Below the pieces are notes generated by a model. That model saw only the letters and a list, made by a program, of their open reading frames with translations. It had not been told where the DNA came from and searched no databases. From the human T2T-CHM13v2.0 reference genome, Homo sapiens: a stretch of DNA of 64,000 nt. The translations under genes were made by a program, and so were the position numbers. The DNA lies in NCBI RefSeq assembly GCF_009914755.1, contig NC_060928.1. One strand, 5' to 3'. Below are positions 1-13,774 of this stretch, in pieces. Position 1 is the first letter of the stretch. Every line of letters starts with the position of its first letter.

Positions 1-332
1 TTTCGATATATTGTTCATATTTACTGTTTCCTTCTGAGGAACATTTAGATTGTTTCAGATTTTTAATTAAAATCACTACAATAAATAACCTGTGGCATAT
101 GTATACGTTGTGTTTGTATATACACACACACTCCTTTAACAGTATATATGTAGGCTAAAGTCCGTAAGGAAAATGCTAATTGCAGACTTGAACTTTTCAA
201 GAACAGTACCAAATTATCTGCTTAAAAGGCTGTATCATTTCATTCTTGCCAACAGTAGTACTTGGTTCAAAGAAGGGTTCATTGCTGTAAGAACACAATA
301 CATTGAATTGCCAGGGAGAGGAATGAGCTTAC

Positions 333-922
<590 letters not shown>

Positions 923-1108
923 CTTGAGATAATCATACAATAAGTTAGGATTATCAGTAGATATAAAAAGATCAATGATAGTTTCTAAATTGAGTAGGCA
1001 AGTAAGTCTTCACTTGCCTTCAATTTTAGGGTAATTCATATCTTGTTTCATTACACAAAAAGTTTGATTCAAACTCTCAGTAACTGAGATAACTTAAAAA
1101 TAAAATAC

Positions 1109-1267
1109 CTGTGCTTTTAAGGCATCATTTGAGTGTTCTAAGTCCTTTTGCATATTTGATATTTCATTTGTTTTCTCTGAAACAATCCCTCTTAGTTTAT
1201 CAATAGTTTCTTGGTGCTCCTTCAGATGCATGTGAACAATTTTTAGCTCCTCTTGTTTTTCTAGGTC
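1109..1267 (-). CDS. CENPE: CENPE exon 34 (159 nt; S7)
   Basis: [25 protein letters not shown]...DALKAQ; aag| and |gtattt. Confidence 0.94.
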
Positions 1268-1576
1268 CTTTATCAATAGAAAAATAAAAATAATACATTG
1301 AGAGTAGTACCATCCACATGCTATAGAAAGGTATAGGGCAGGAGGTAAAAATCTTCCACCCTCTTCTGAGGCCTCCTAGTTCTCACCCTCTAAGCTACTT
1401 TTAGATGTCAATACATTCTAGATACACTATTCCTGAACTTACCCTGTTCCCTAACAGGACACTTCACCCTTCAAATCAGCACTATAGCTCTACCACATTT
1501 TTTATTTGTGGCATAGAATTCCATGACGTGAATGTGCTGCACTTATTTAACCAGTCCCTTACCAATGGATGGTTAG

Positions 1577-2096
<520 letters not shown>

Positions 2097-2191
2097 TGGA
2101 CCAATTTTATACTCCCACCAACCCTATGGCAGATTTTTCTCTTAGGACTCAATGTCATAGTTACTAGAGGTGTAGAGAGATGGTAACTCAC

Positions 2192-2479
2192 TCTAGTTAT
2201 AGTTTCTCTAAGGTTTTCCTTGAGCTGGTCTCTCTCTACTTTGAGAGTCTCCTCCACACTCCTAAGGTCATCTCTTTCTTTTGTTACAGATCTCATTTCT
2301 TCAAGGTTTTCATGTAGTATCTGAGTCAACCTTATATTCTCCGTTTCTATGTTTTCCAGGTTTAACTTCTGGGTCTCAAATTGCTCCTTCAAGTGTTCTA
2401 TTTCACACATTTTCTCCTGAGTCTCATTGACAGCTGTCATCTTAAGAAACTGATATTCTTTTTCTTGAGATTCTTTCAT
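2192..2479 (-). CDS. CENPE: CENPE exon 33 (288 nt; L7)
   Basis: MKESQEKEYQFL...ERDQLKENLRETITR; cag| and |gtgagt. Confidence 0.94.
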
Positions 2480-2656
2480 CTGAGAAAATTATAAAGTAAG
2501 TTACAACATAGGCAGAATTTTTTTAGGAAAAGGAAGAACTGTTCCTAAAATAAGGCAATCATTTTTACATTGTAATCTAATGTATGTAGTACTTTCTTTC
2601 ATAAGGGATATGAGTAACAATAATTAGATGTCATTTTCCAATTTAACAAGTCCCAC

Positions 2657-2805
2657 TTTTTCCTGTAATTCACCATCAGAATTTCCTAAATCCCAATGAA
2701 TATTTGCTACTTGAGCTGTCTTCTCTGAAATATTCTGTCTACTAACAGTTTACTGGTACTCAGTTGAATATAAGCAGTTTTTGATTCCTCTTTTATTTCC
2801 GGTCC
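2657..2805 (-). pseudogene. Fossil short-type CENPE stalk exon (between exons 32 and 33)
   Basis: GPEIKEESKTAYIQL/EYQ*TV/SEKTAQVANIHWDLGNSDGELQEK; acceptor ttcctctaatcataaag nearly identical to exon 31's; donor gtggga; stop and indels. Confidence 0.85.
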
Positions 2806-2910
2806 CTTTATGATTAGAGGAAAATTAATAAAACTTAACATGAACACCGTCATTATCACCTTAACACTATTTCTGTATCCAAAAAAAAAAAAAATAAGAT
2901 GGGAACTTAC

Positions 2911-3195
2911 TTTAGCTACAATTTCTTTAGTGTTTTCTTTCAGTTGGTCTCTCTCTATCTGAAGGGCCTCCTGTACTCTTTTCATTTCCTCTTTTTCCTT
3001 AATCATAATTTGTATTTCTTCTTGACTTTCTTGAAGTCTGTTGGTCAACTCGAGCATCTTACTTTCTATACTTTGTAGTGCTGAATCCTTGGCTTTGCGA
3101 TGCTCCTTGAATTGTTTCAGTTCATTCACTTTTTCCTGAACCTCACTAATTTGTTTTATATTAAATTGTTCCTCTTTCTCATAAATCTCTTGGAT
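2911..3195 (-). CDS. CENPE: CENPE exon 32 (285 nt; L6)
   Basis: IQEIYEKEEQF...ERDQLKENTKEIVAK; aag| and |gtaagt. Confidence 0.94.
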
Positions 3196-3383
3196 CTTAA
3201 ACATAATTATAAAATAAGTTAATAGTCATAAAAATATGTAAACACACACACACACATACACAACTTAAGAGGAAAAGGTTGCTTCCCAAAACAATTAAGC
3301 ATGCCAAATAGTAGTCTTCATAATTCAGTTAGCTACTCCAAACCCACCCATTTCCTCCCACTGTTTCTTCATCCCCAATTTAC

Positions 3384-3542
3384 CTTGTTCTGTAATTTAT
3401 CATTGATTGCTTCTAACTGCTTTTGAATGGTTGATATTTCAGTTTCCTTCTCTGAAAGATTCACTCTTAACTCATTAATAGTTTCCTCTTGTTCTTTCAG
3501 GCAACAATGAGCAACTTTAAGTTCCTCTTCAGTTTCCAGGTG
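3384..3542 (-). CDS. CENPE: CENPE exon 31 (159 nt; S5)
   Basis: HLETEEELKVAHCCLKEQEETINEL...DKLQNK; aag| and |gtaaat. Confidence 0.94.
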
Positions 3543-3689
3543 CTTTATTATTAGAGGAAATTCCAATAAATTTATAGAAACATTATAACTATTTTGTTGT
3601 AATTAACTCCCCTTTCCAAATATTTAGGGTTTATAATAATATTTGGTTACAAAATATTTTTTAAAAACATGGTGAAAGATGAAACCTAC

Positions 3690-3968
3690 TTTAGCTACAA
3701 TTTCTTTTATGTTTTCTTTGAGCTGGTCACTTTCAGATTGAAGAACTTCTTGCAGCCTCTGTAGGTCATCTTTCTCCTTAGCTACAGATTTCATTTCATC
3801 ATGACTTTCTTGAAGTCTTTTGGACAATCCGAGCATTTCTATTTCTATCCTTAGTAGTGCTGAATCTTTGGGTTTGAATTGCTCCATCTCACTCACGATT
3901 TTGGTAGTTTCATTGTCTTTTTCTTTCATATTTAAGGACTGTTCTTGTTTGCTTTGAGACTCCTGGAT
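3690..3968 (-). CDS. CENPE: CENPE exon 30 (279 nt; L5)
   Basis: IQESQSKQEQSL...DQLKENIKEIVAK; aag| and |gtaggt. Confidence 0.94.
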
Positions 3969-4944
3969 CTTAAGAGAATCATAAAACAGTACAGTTGATA
4001 TCCAGAGATATTGTGTTTTAGGGGAAAATAAATCAGGATGCTTTCTAAAACAATTAAGGCAGGATTCAGTGCCTCATTTACAGAGCAATCTCTCCATTCT
4101 CCCACTCTTCCATTATTCAGGCATTTAATGCTTTTTAAAAATTGAGGTCTCACTGTGTTGTCAGCATCTTATTCGAGGCTGGAGACAAAATGATGAGACT
4201 TACAGGATCTCTCTCTTTTTGAGACTTATACTTCAAGGACAAAGATAGATATGATGTTGAATCTTACCAAATAGAGATGCTGGCTTCTCCTACGGCCCAA
4301 GTGTCAAATATAATCTATTGTGAATGATAGGAAGGGATTCCTAGAGGAGAAAGCTTTAACTGAGATCTGAAGGATAAGAGCATTAGTTAGGCAAAAAGGA
4401 GTATGGAGGTACTGCAGGTAGAGAGACCTGAGAATCTGAAAGCCATGAGCTGCGGAAGAGAGTTGCTGGAGAACAAAGAATAGGAAGAAGAATGAATTGA
4501 AATAAGACCGGCAAGATCTGCACCTAGGGCCTCATAGGCCACATAAAGGATCCTGGTCTTTATTTAAAAAGTAGCAATAAGATATTAAAAGAATGTAAGA
4601 AAGGATAACTTAGGCTTAGTATAGAAACTGGATTAGAGAAGTCTAAGAATGAGTGTGGGAAGACCAGTTAGGAGACTACTGCAGATAGCCAGGGAAAGAA
4701 ATGATGTTGACTTGGATTAGGGTGGTGGCAGTGTGGAGAGAAAAGCAGGATGACTTTTAAAATACACACTCAAATCAATAAGATTTGGTGACTGGATTAC
4801 AGAATAAGCAGAGAAGGAGGCATATTAGTAGGGATAGCTCCCAGATTTCTGACTAAAACAATGAGAAAGCACAGTAGTGCTTTATGAAACATTAAAGGAA
4901 CAGGTTTAAAAAAGAAAATAAAACAATCTCATATTTGGTTTCAC

Positions 4945-5086
4945 CCTTTCTTGTAATTTAGAATTATTTTTTCTAAATTATTTTTTGAATATTTAAGAAA
5001 ACAGTTCTTTTCTCTGAAACATCTTCTCTCTGTTTCAATACCTTCTTGGTATTCAAGAGCAATTTTTAATTGTTCTGTTTCTAGTC
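4945..5086 (-). pseudogene. Fossil short-type CENPE stalk exon (between exons 29 and 30)
   Basis: ETEQLKIALEYQEGIE/REDVSEKRTVFLNIQK/LEKNNSKLQER|gtgaaa; acceptor AG reads AT; several frameshifts. Confidence 0.8.
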
Positions 5087-5216
5087 ATTTCATGATTAAG
5101 AGACATTAAAAAAACTGGTAACATAATTATAATACAAACATTATAACTATAACACAAACACAAGCCTTGATTCTTATAAGACACTTGTTAAAATGGGAGG
5201 AAAATACGAAACTTAC

Positions 5217-5873
<657 letters not shown>

Positions 5874-6704
5874 TAAAGGGAAAAGATCAGGATACTTTTC
5901 ACAGCAAGGAAAGTCATCTTGAACCCTCAGGCCTACCTTGGATCACAAACTGCTCATTATTCATTTTCCCTCAATTCCTGCTAAAGCTATTCATGACTTT
6001 TCTGGGTCACATTCTGTCATACTTTTCTTTCTTTGTAGCTTAGACCCAAAGTGAACCAATTATACTTTGCTAGCAGTCTGTTTCATACTTATTTCTCCAC
6101 TAGTTTCCAAGCTATAAGAGAAAAACCATAGCTGAGCAAACTATATCCCAATAAATGTATGATCTCCATTTTCAGATGGGCTCCAATGCTATGTCTCAAT
6201 TTTTCTATGTGTATAGATTGATTTCTCTTTCCATGATAAATTAGTGGTACCATGTAATTTTGCGTATTTCTGCATTTACCATATTGGAATTAAGGGATTT
6301 TCTTTCTAGTTTATAATGGGGGGAAAGAACAATGTCTTATTTATATCTACAGTCTCAATGTCTGGCATGGAGTAGGCTTTTAATACAGGTTGGCCCAGTA
6401 ATCCCAATGTTTCACTTTCTCCATAGCATTTACCACTATTTAATGTTTTCTTGTTCATTTGATTGCTTATTTATCAGCTACTTTCTTTCACTACAAATGG
6501 ATCAGAGGGATTTTAGGGGTTTTGTCCACCTTGTTCTCATTGCATTTCTATAACCTAGGAGTGTGCCTGCCACATTAAACACTCGACAAATACTTACCCA
6601 GTCAATTAATGAACCACATCCTAGCTACTTCTTACTGCTTATCTTTCCTTCAAAGGAGAAAGGAAGGAAGAAGTGACAAAGGATGAAAGGAATAAAAGAC
6701 ATAC

Positions 6705-6860
6705 CTCTTCTTGTAATTTGGTATGGGATTTTTCTAAGTCCTGAGTATTTATTATTTGAGCTGTCTTCTCAGATACGCTTCTTCTTAGTTCATCAATAGT
6801 TTCTTGGTGTTCTTTTAGGTGAATATGAGCAATTTTTAGTTCTTCTTTGGTTTGTAGGCC
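6705..6860 (-). CDS. CENPE: CENPE exon 28 (156 nt; S3)
   Basis: [25 protein letters not shown]...TKLQEE; aag| and |gtatgt. Confidence 0.94.
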
Positions 6861-6978
6861 CTTGGCGAGTGAAATTTAAAGAATATTGTAATATTCTTCC
6901 AACATTGCTCCCCTCTTTCCAAGTGGCTCAGATTTTAAAAGAAACACTTAATAGATGAAGGAAAAGGGTATAACTTAC

Positions 6979-7269
6979 TGTAGCTTCAATTTCTCTTATA
7001 TATCCTCTAAGGTGGTCTCTCTCTGTTTCAAATGACTTCTGTAATTCCTTTAGAACTTTTCTTTCTTTGGTTATAGATTTCACTTCCTCATAATTTTCAT
7101 TAAGTTTCTGAGCCAACTCAAGCCTCTCTGTTTCCATATGTTCCAATGTCAATTCTTTGTTCTTTAATTCATTCTTTAAATTCTCTATTTCATTAATCTT
7201 TTTCTGCATCTCACTCATCTCTTCTTGTACATTAAGAAGTTGTTGCTGTTTTTCTTGGAGTTGCTGGCT
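6979..7269 (-). CDS. CENPE: CENPE exon 27 (291 nt; L3)
   Basis: [12 protein letters not shown]...[15 protein letters not shown]; aag| and |gtaagt. Confidence 0.94.
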
Positions 7270-7412
7270 CTTAAAATGCACAATTTTTATAATTACCATT
7301 TTACTTATATTCTCAAAATTCTTACACAAAATCATTAACAGCCTTGCCTCCTATCAGCATATAAATAGGTAAGTAGCATTAAAAGTAAATGAAACTCACA
7401 GGCATAAATGTC

Positions 7413-7833
7413 TGCAGTGGTTTGAATATTGTCCCACCCAAAATTCATGTCTCCCAGGAACCTCAGAATGTGAACTTATTTGGAAATAGAGTCTTTGCAG
7501 ATGTAATTGGATTAGGATTGAGACGTGATCCTACTGGAGTAGGTCTTCATTCCAATGAGTGTATTTATAAGAGACATAAAAGCACATAGAGAGGCACAGA
7601 GAAGGAGGTCATGTGAAGCAGTTACAAGCCAAGGAATGCGAAGGGTAGCTGGGAGACACTGGAAGCTAGGAAGAAGTAAGGAATGATTCTTCCTTAGAGC
7701 CTTCAGAGGGAATATGGTATTGCTGACACTTAAATTTGGACTTCTAGGACTCAGAACTGTGACAGAATATGTCTCTATTGTAAGCCATCAAGTTTACAGC
7801 AATTTGCTATGGCAGCCCTAGGAAACTGATACA
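7413..7833 (+). mobile_element. MaLR solo LTR (MLT1B/C-like)
   Basis: tgcagtggtttgaat...gaacctcagaatgtga...gcagccctaggaaactgataca. Confidence 0.8.
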
Positions 7834-8160
7834 GGCTGATTAAGGAGATAAACTGATTAAGGAGATAAGGGGAAGATGAGATAAAGTAAAAAAGCAAAGA
7901 GACTAATTAAATATACAAATACAGCTACCAAATAACTATAATTCCTCATCCTCTTAAAAAACTTTTGGAGAATTTATTTTCACTTCCAATAAGATGCTTA
8001 TGGGTGGCTCCCCCAAATACTGAGACATTAACCTTCACAGGCTATTGATTTTACCTTTTTTATAGGAGTATGAAATAGACATAAGGTTTTAGTAAACTCA
8101 ATTAGGTGAGATAGTGAAAGGGATCAGAATTAAAAGAAAACACATATTAAGAAAAAAACA

Positions 8161-8456
8161 GGCTGGGCATGATGGCTCACACCTGTAATCCTAGCACTTT
8201 GGAAGGCTGAGGCAGGAAGACTGCTTGAGCCCAGGAGTTTGAGACCAGCCTGGGCAACACAGTGAGACCTCGTTTCTACCAAAAATACAACAATTAGCTG
8301 GGTGTTGTGGCACAGCTAATTTAGTCTCAGCTACTCGGGAGGCTGAAGTGGGAGGACAGCCTGAACCCAGGGGGGGTTGAGGCTACAGTGAGCTGTGATC
8401 ATGCCACTGCACTCCAGCCTGGGTGACAGAGTGAGACCCTGTCTCAAAAAAAAAAG
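8161..8456 (+). mobile_element. Alu (AluJ-like)
   Basis: ggctgggcatgatggctcac...gagaccctgtctcaaaa. Confidence 0.92.
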
Positions 8457-9079
8457 GAGGAAAGAAAAAAGAAAAAATATTCCACAGAATAATAACAGAA
8501 CCGTACTATATTATCTATTATGCAAGTGGCACTGCCCTTAGCTTATATAGAAAGATCTCTATGGGTGCATTTTAGAATCTCTTGGGAACTACAGCTGTTA
8601 CAGGGGTCTTAGCTCTTACACAAATATCCCAATAACACCTAATTTCTATATAAGAAATGATTCAGGAAACTGCAAACATCTAAGAGATGGTAATAGTGAT
8701 AAATCTTACATTTCAAAATGACTAATGCATCTCTGCAAGGAAAGAATCTTTGTTTTGTTGACTAATATATCTCAAGTGCCCAAAACAGTGCGTGGCCCAT
8801 GACAGTGCTCAATAAATATTTGATGAATGAATACATCATATGATTTGTTTAAATGATACAAAGCCCTCTCTCACCTAAAGACTCTGGAATAATATAATCC
8901 TCATAAGGTATGTTAGTTTAGATCTCAGTGTAAGTTAAAATTGTCCAAAATACTAGCATTGAAATATGTTCATTTGGGAGGTATGTGCTATTTCTGGATT
9001 TAGGTCTACAGAAATAAAAATTACCAAAAAAAAAGTTTAGTTAGAAAAAATGGCCAGGGAAATAACTTTAAAAATTCAC

Positions 9080-9238
9080 CTTTTCCTTTAGTTTTTCTTC
9101 AACTTCTGCCAGTCTGTCACAGGTCCTAGAAAGCTCTCCTTCTTTCTTTATGGCATGGTTCTTTTCTTGTGCAACTATCTCTTGTTGCTTTTTAAGTTCA
9201 TCCCCAAGAAGTCTTAATTCTTCCTGGTTTTCAATGGT
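9080..9238 (-). CDS. CENPE: CENPE exon 26 (159 nt; short repeat S2)
   Basis: [20 protein letters not shown]...EKLKEK; tag| and |gtgaat. Confidence 0.94.
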
Positions 9239-9979
9239 CTAGAAAGAAAAAAAAAGTTGAGATTAAAGTAAATATTAGCTAACATTTATGAAATCAGGTA
9301 AAACATCAGCATTTCTCTCAGTCTGCAAATGAAGAAATCAGGGAAAACTATATAGGAAAAGACAAATTTCAAAAAAGAAAGTCCTTATTTTAATAATATA
9401 AGATGCCAAGAATCTGCTTTTTATACTGTTTCTTTACTGCTCAATTTACATTCCTACCATGAGAATTAGAATTGCATTTAACATTCTATCATGAGAGCTT
9501 AGCTTATTTCTACCTTTAAGTCAAAAGAGACTTTTTCTGAGCTATCACTGAGTAATAATGAGACTACAGCTATAGTTTTTTCAAACACTGGGATGGCTTT
9601 GGTTTTAGCACAGATCACTGCCAGCGAGCTCAAAATGGCAGCCACCCTCTGCTAGCATGACTTGGGCTGATCCTGGTTATTAGGCTCACACAGTGACATT
9701 CTCACGTATCAAGACCACAAAAACATAACAAGCCAGAGACTGAGAAGAAAATACCATTGTTTGTTTGTGTGCTTATTTACATTCTGCTCTTTTGATGAAG
9801 GAGACAATCCCCAAAACTTATAAAATTAAAACAATACAAATGGTCGCATTCTACTATGATCCACAGTGAACTTCTCCAAATATTTATTTAAACTTATACA
9901 CATTGTATCACCCCTAAACATAGAAAACCTAAGTGTGAAAATATTGGCAGACATCAACAACAAACAATTAAAAATAAAA

Positions 9980-10852
9980 TTTAAAAATTATGACAGCAAA
10001 AAAAAAGAGAAACATTTAGGAACAAATTTAATAAAATATTAAAAGACCTATACACTGAAAATCTACAACATACCTCTTTGAGAACAGACAAATTACAGAA
10101 GAAGATATACAATGGTCTAGAAGCATAAGAAAAAATGTTCAACATCTTAGTCATTAGGGAAAGGCAAATTAAAACAACAGTCTGCACACCCATTAGAATG
10201 GCTAAAATTAAAAGCACCAATAAATATGAAGTGTTGGTGAAGAAGGATGTTTGAGCCACCAGAATTCTCTTAATTTGCTAATGGGAATGTAAAATGATAT
10301 AATTACTTTGGAAATCAGTCTAGCAAATTCTCATCAAGTTAAACATATTCTTCCCTGTGACACAGCAATTCCATTTAGATATTTACCTTAAGTAAATAAA
10401 GCTATGTAAATAAAAAGAGTTGTACGAGAATGTTTACAGCAGTTTTATTCAAAATAGCCAAATACTGAACGGAACCCAAATTTCCATCAATAGGAAAAAG
10501 AATTAAAAAATTATGGCGTATTAATACAATGAACTATTCCTTGGCAGTAAAAGGGAGTGTAGAAAGTCAAACATAAGAGACTACATACTGTATGATTCTA
10601 TTTGTATAAAGCTCTAGAAGAGACAAATGATTTAAGGTGAACATATCAGGACTGATAATCTGGCGGGGAGGAGGTGATGAGGGTCTGTGATAGAGGTGTG
10701 AGGAAACTTTCTGGGGGTGATGGAAACATCTTCTATCTTGACTGGGGTGAAGAGGAAATGGGTAGAGACATTTGTTAAAAGTCGTCAGACCATACACTTC
10801 CACCAGATACATTTATTGTATATAAATTATACCTCAATAAAGTTGATAAAAA
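9980..10852 (+). mobile_element. Old L1M 3' fragment
   Basis: Decayed ORF2-end and 3'UTR motifs ending in acctcaataaagtt; boundaries approximate. Confidence 0.7.
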
Positions 10853-10907
10853 TCTGAAACAAATGAAGACAAAAAGGTAATGCCAAGTATACAGTGCTAA
10901 ATCCTAC

Positions 10908-11111
10908 CATTTCAATATTTTCCTTTAGGTCAGTCTTCAATTGTTCCTTTTCTGCTATAACACTCTCTAACATTTGTTGGAGTTCATTTTTCTCCTGTAT
11001 TAAAGAAAATATCTTCCTTTGTTGCTCAATTATCTCATTATCCTTAACATCTGCAGTTAGTGTTTGGGTATTTTTAGCTTCCAAATCCTGTTTTTTATCT
11101 ATGCCAACCAT
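10908..11111 (-). CDS. CENPE: CENPE exon 25 (204 nt; long repeat L2)
   Basis: [10 protein letters not shown]...[15 protein letters not shown]; tag| and |gtagga. Confidence 0.94.
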
Positions 11112-11189
11112 CTAAAACATAAACACATTACAGAAGAATTTCTTAAGTAGTTAACAACAACTTTAAAAAATAATAAAAATAGCCAACAC

Positions 11190-11390
11190 ATCTATTATGT
11201 GCCAGGTACTATTCTCATATCTTAACACATTTAATCTTGACAGTAACTTTATGAGGTAGGTATTACCATAATCTTCATTTGACAGATGAGGAAACTGAAC
11301 TGGAGAGAGGTAAAGTCACTTGCCCAAGGTCACTCAGAGGTTTAGCTAGGTTTTGAATCCAAGTGATCTGGCTCCAAAGTTTGTGCTCTT
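11190..11390 (-). mobile_element. MIR
   Basis: Core acagatgaggaaactga...aaagtcacttgcccaaggtcac. Confidence 0.75.
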
Positions 11391-13172
11391 ACGTCTGTTC
11401 ACTAATCAGAACAATATGGACAACTACAAATATTAATAATTGTCTTCACGTATGATAGGTTAACATGATTCTGCATGTTTACTTATTTCAATGACATTAA
11501 TACATTAATTAAAGGATATCTGCCTTTAGTTTGTACACATCTTCCATAAATATTTTCCAAGTTTCATTCTAGTAGTAGTTTGTTTATTTACTACTAAACG
11601 AGTAAGCAATCTTGAACTCTATCACTTTATCTATTTCCTCCTAAAAGCTGGGAATCATTCCCTGTCTCCCACTCCCTGCAAATCTTTATTTTCAGAGGCA
11701 GTCCTACTTACAAAAGGCTGGAGTTTTATTATATGTAGGGGGATAAATAATTTTGATAAAGATCTATTTCATAAGGGTGAAATTCATCTTTTCTTAATAT
11801 ATGTATATTTTATATACTGCTTAAGAAAAATGTTATATAAATTCATTTATTCATAAATAAGTCACGACCAAATGTAACCTAATACGTGAACTTATTGGTA
11901 AAGGGAGACAGAGACTGAAATTACTATTGCTGGTACAAATTTAGGGTATTATTGTATGACATTACACTAGTTCAGCAAACAGCTCCATATTGCCTACACA
12001 GGTATTTAAAAGTTTTTATAATAATCTATAATCACATTAGAAAACAATAGAAAAATAAAGGATAAAAATCATCCACTGTCACCAACTTCACACAACAAAC
12101 TATTAGAATTCTGGTAAATTTACTTCTGGAGTTTTTTCCATTAAAGGTTTTTTTTTTGTTTTTTTGTTTTTTAAACATAGCTATTATAATGAATTTATAT
12201 GTGTGATTCTTTTTAGTTTTTATCTTTTCCACTTAGATCATATGTATTTTCACATGTTGTTATGTAACCTACAAATAATTTTTAGTAGCTGCTTGATTCT
12301 CTAGAGTAGATATAAACTGTACTTTATTTAGCAACCCCCTTATTGTTGGCAATATGCATGAGCTTCTAGAAGATAACAGTGATCACAGAGCTAACTACAT
12401 GAGAAATTAAGGTAGGGAACACGTAGTCTTTTGGGACTAGTCTGTTAGATATTATAATTCAGAATCTCATATCTTTCAAATACAAAGCAGATTGAGACAA
12501 AATTTTCTGTAATGATAGCCAAGGTTTATTTCAAATCTGAACTCAGCCTAGAAGGTACTTCAACTACCACAGTTATGAATAAAATCTAATAGATCTAATT
12601 ATTAAATAAAAAATTATTAGAACCTGTGAAAAAGGAAAAAAATTGTCCTTTATATAAGAATAAGCTTACTAATCATAAAATATTTTTGTTGAGATACATT
12701 AAAAATACTGCATTTCCAGAAACAGACACATCAAGTAGGACTAAAAATGAGCATTCCAAGGAGATTCATGATAGACCTGCTAGTGCAGCTCTCTGGTGCC
12801 TAGATGAACAGGGGAGCACCTGGAAATCCCCATTTCCACTCTTTTATTCCCATGGCAGATTCCAGCATGAGCATGATACAAGACCAAATTGATCTCAGCC
12901 TTCCATCCCAGACTTTAGGATCCCTGGTGAACAGAATGGCCTCAGAAAAGCCCCAGCTACATCCTTTTATCAACATGGATAAATGACTCCAGCATATACT
13001 TGGTAACATAGGATCTTAGCTGTTCCCAGTGAGTATAACTCTACTCTTCCCTTCATCTTCTATTGTCTCTATAACTGCATTTTGGATTTGTTTAAAACAG
13101 TTATTGATTGCCATATATTATTGTCAAAAGTCTACTAAAAAAACTTTCCCATCATAAAAGTGGAAGTTATTA

Positions 13173-13466
13173 TTTCTTTCTTTTTTTTTAGACAGGGTCT
13201 CACTCTGTCGCCCAAGCTGGAGTGCTGCAGCATGATCTGGGCTCACTGCAGCCTCAACCTTCCTGGGCTCAGGTGATCCTCCTACCTCAGCCTCCTGAGT
13301 GGCTGAGACTACAGGTGCATTGCTACCATGCCTGGCTAATTTTTGTATTTTTTTGTAGAGACGGGGTTTCACCATGTTGCCCAGGCCGGTCTTGAACTCC
13401 TGGACTCAAGCAATCTGCCCACCTTGGCCTCTGAAAGTACTAGGATTACAGGCATAAGCCATTGTG
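13173..13466 (-). mobile_element. Alu (AluJ-like)
   Basis: Reverse Alu dimer. Confidence 0.9.
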
Positions 13467-13774
13467 TTGAGGGTAAATTTCAAATTGAGGTCAAATGCCT
13501 TTGGCCTATGGTTATTCCAAATTATAAATAAGCTGAGAACATAAGATACAGAAAAAGTGAGAGAGAAGAACTAAAGCATAAGGAGATGGAAATAAAAAAA
13601 AAGTTCCATTTTCCAAGGCAGTATTTTGCCCCGGAGTAAATGGGGGAAAATGCAGCTCATTTTATAGAAGTAATATATAAATGTACAGATATTTATTTAT
13701 ATCAATTGGATCTTACTGAATTACTTTGAAATGTGTATTTGCTTTTATTTAATAATGTATTCTGTTAAAAATGC

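Noticed and set aside
1-70. Possible further fossil short exon (LNVPQKETVN-like reading on the minus strand)
   Set aside because: Better explained as old L1M sequence (acatttagattgtttcagatttt); no acceptor or convincing alignment.
2806-2910. Stop-free in-frame read-through from exon 32 into the fossil exon
   Set aside because: It includes a poly-T run and ends in a frameshifted stop at 2707; consistent with chance.
7836-7868. Small tandem duplications (also ~19510, ~28543, ~53308)
   Set aside because: Ordinary slippage duplications of 12-21 nt with no sign of function.
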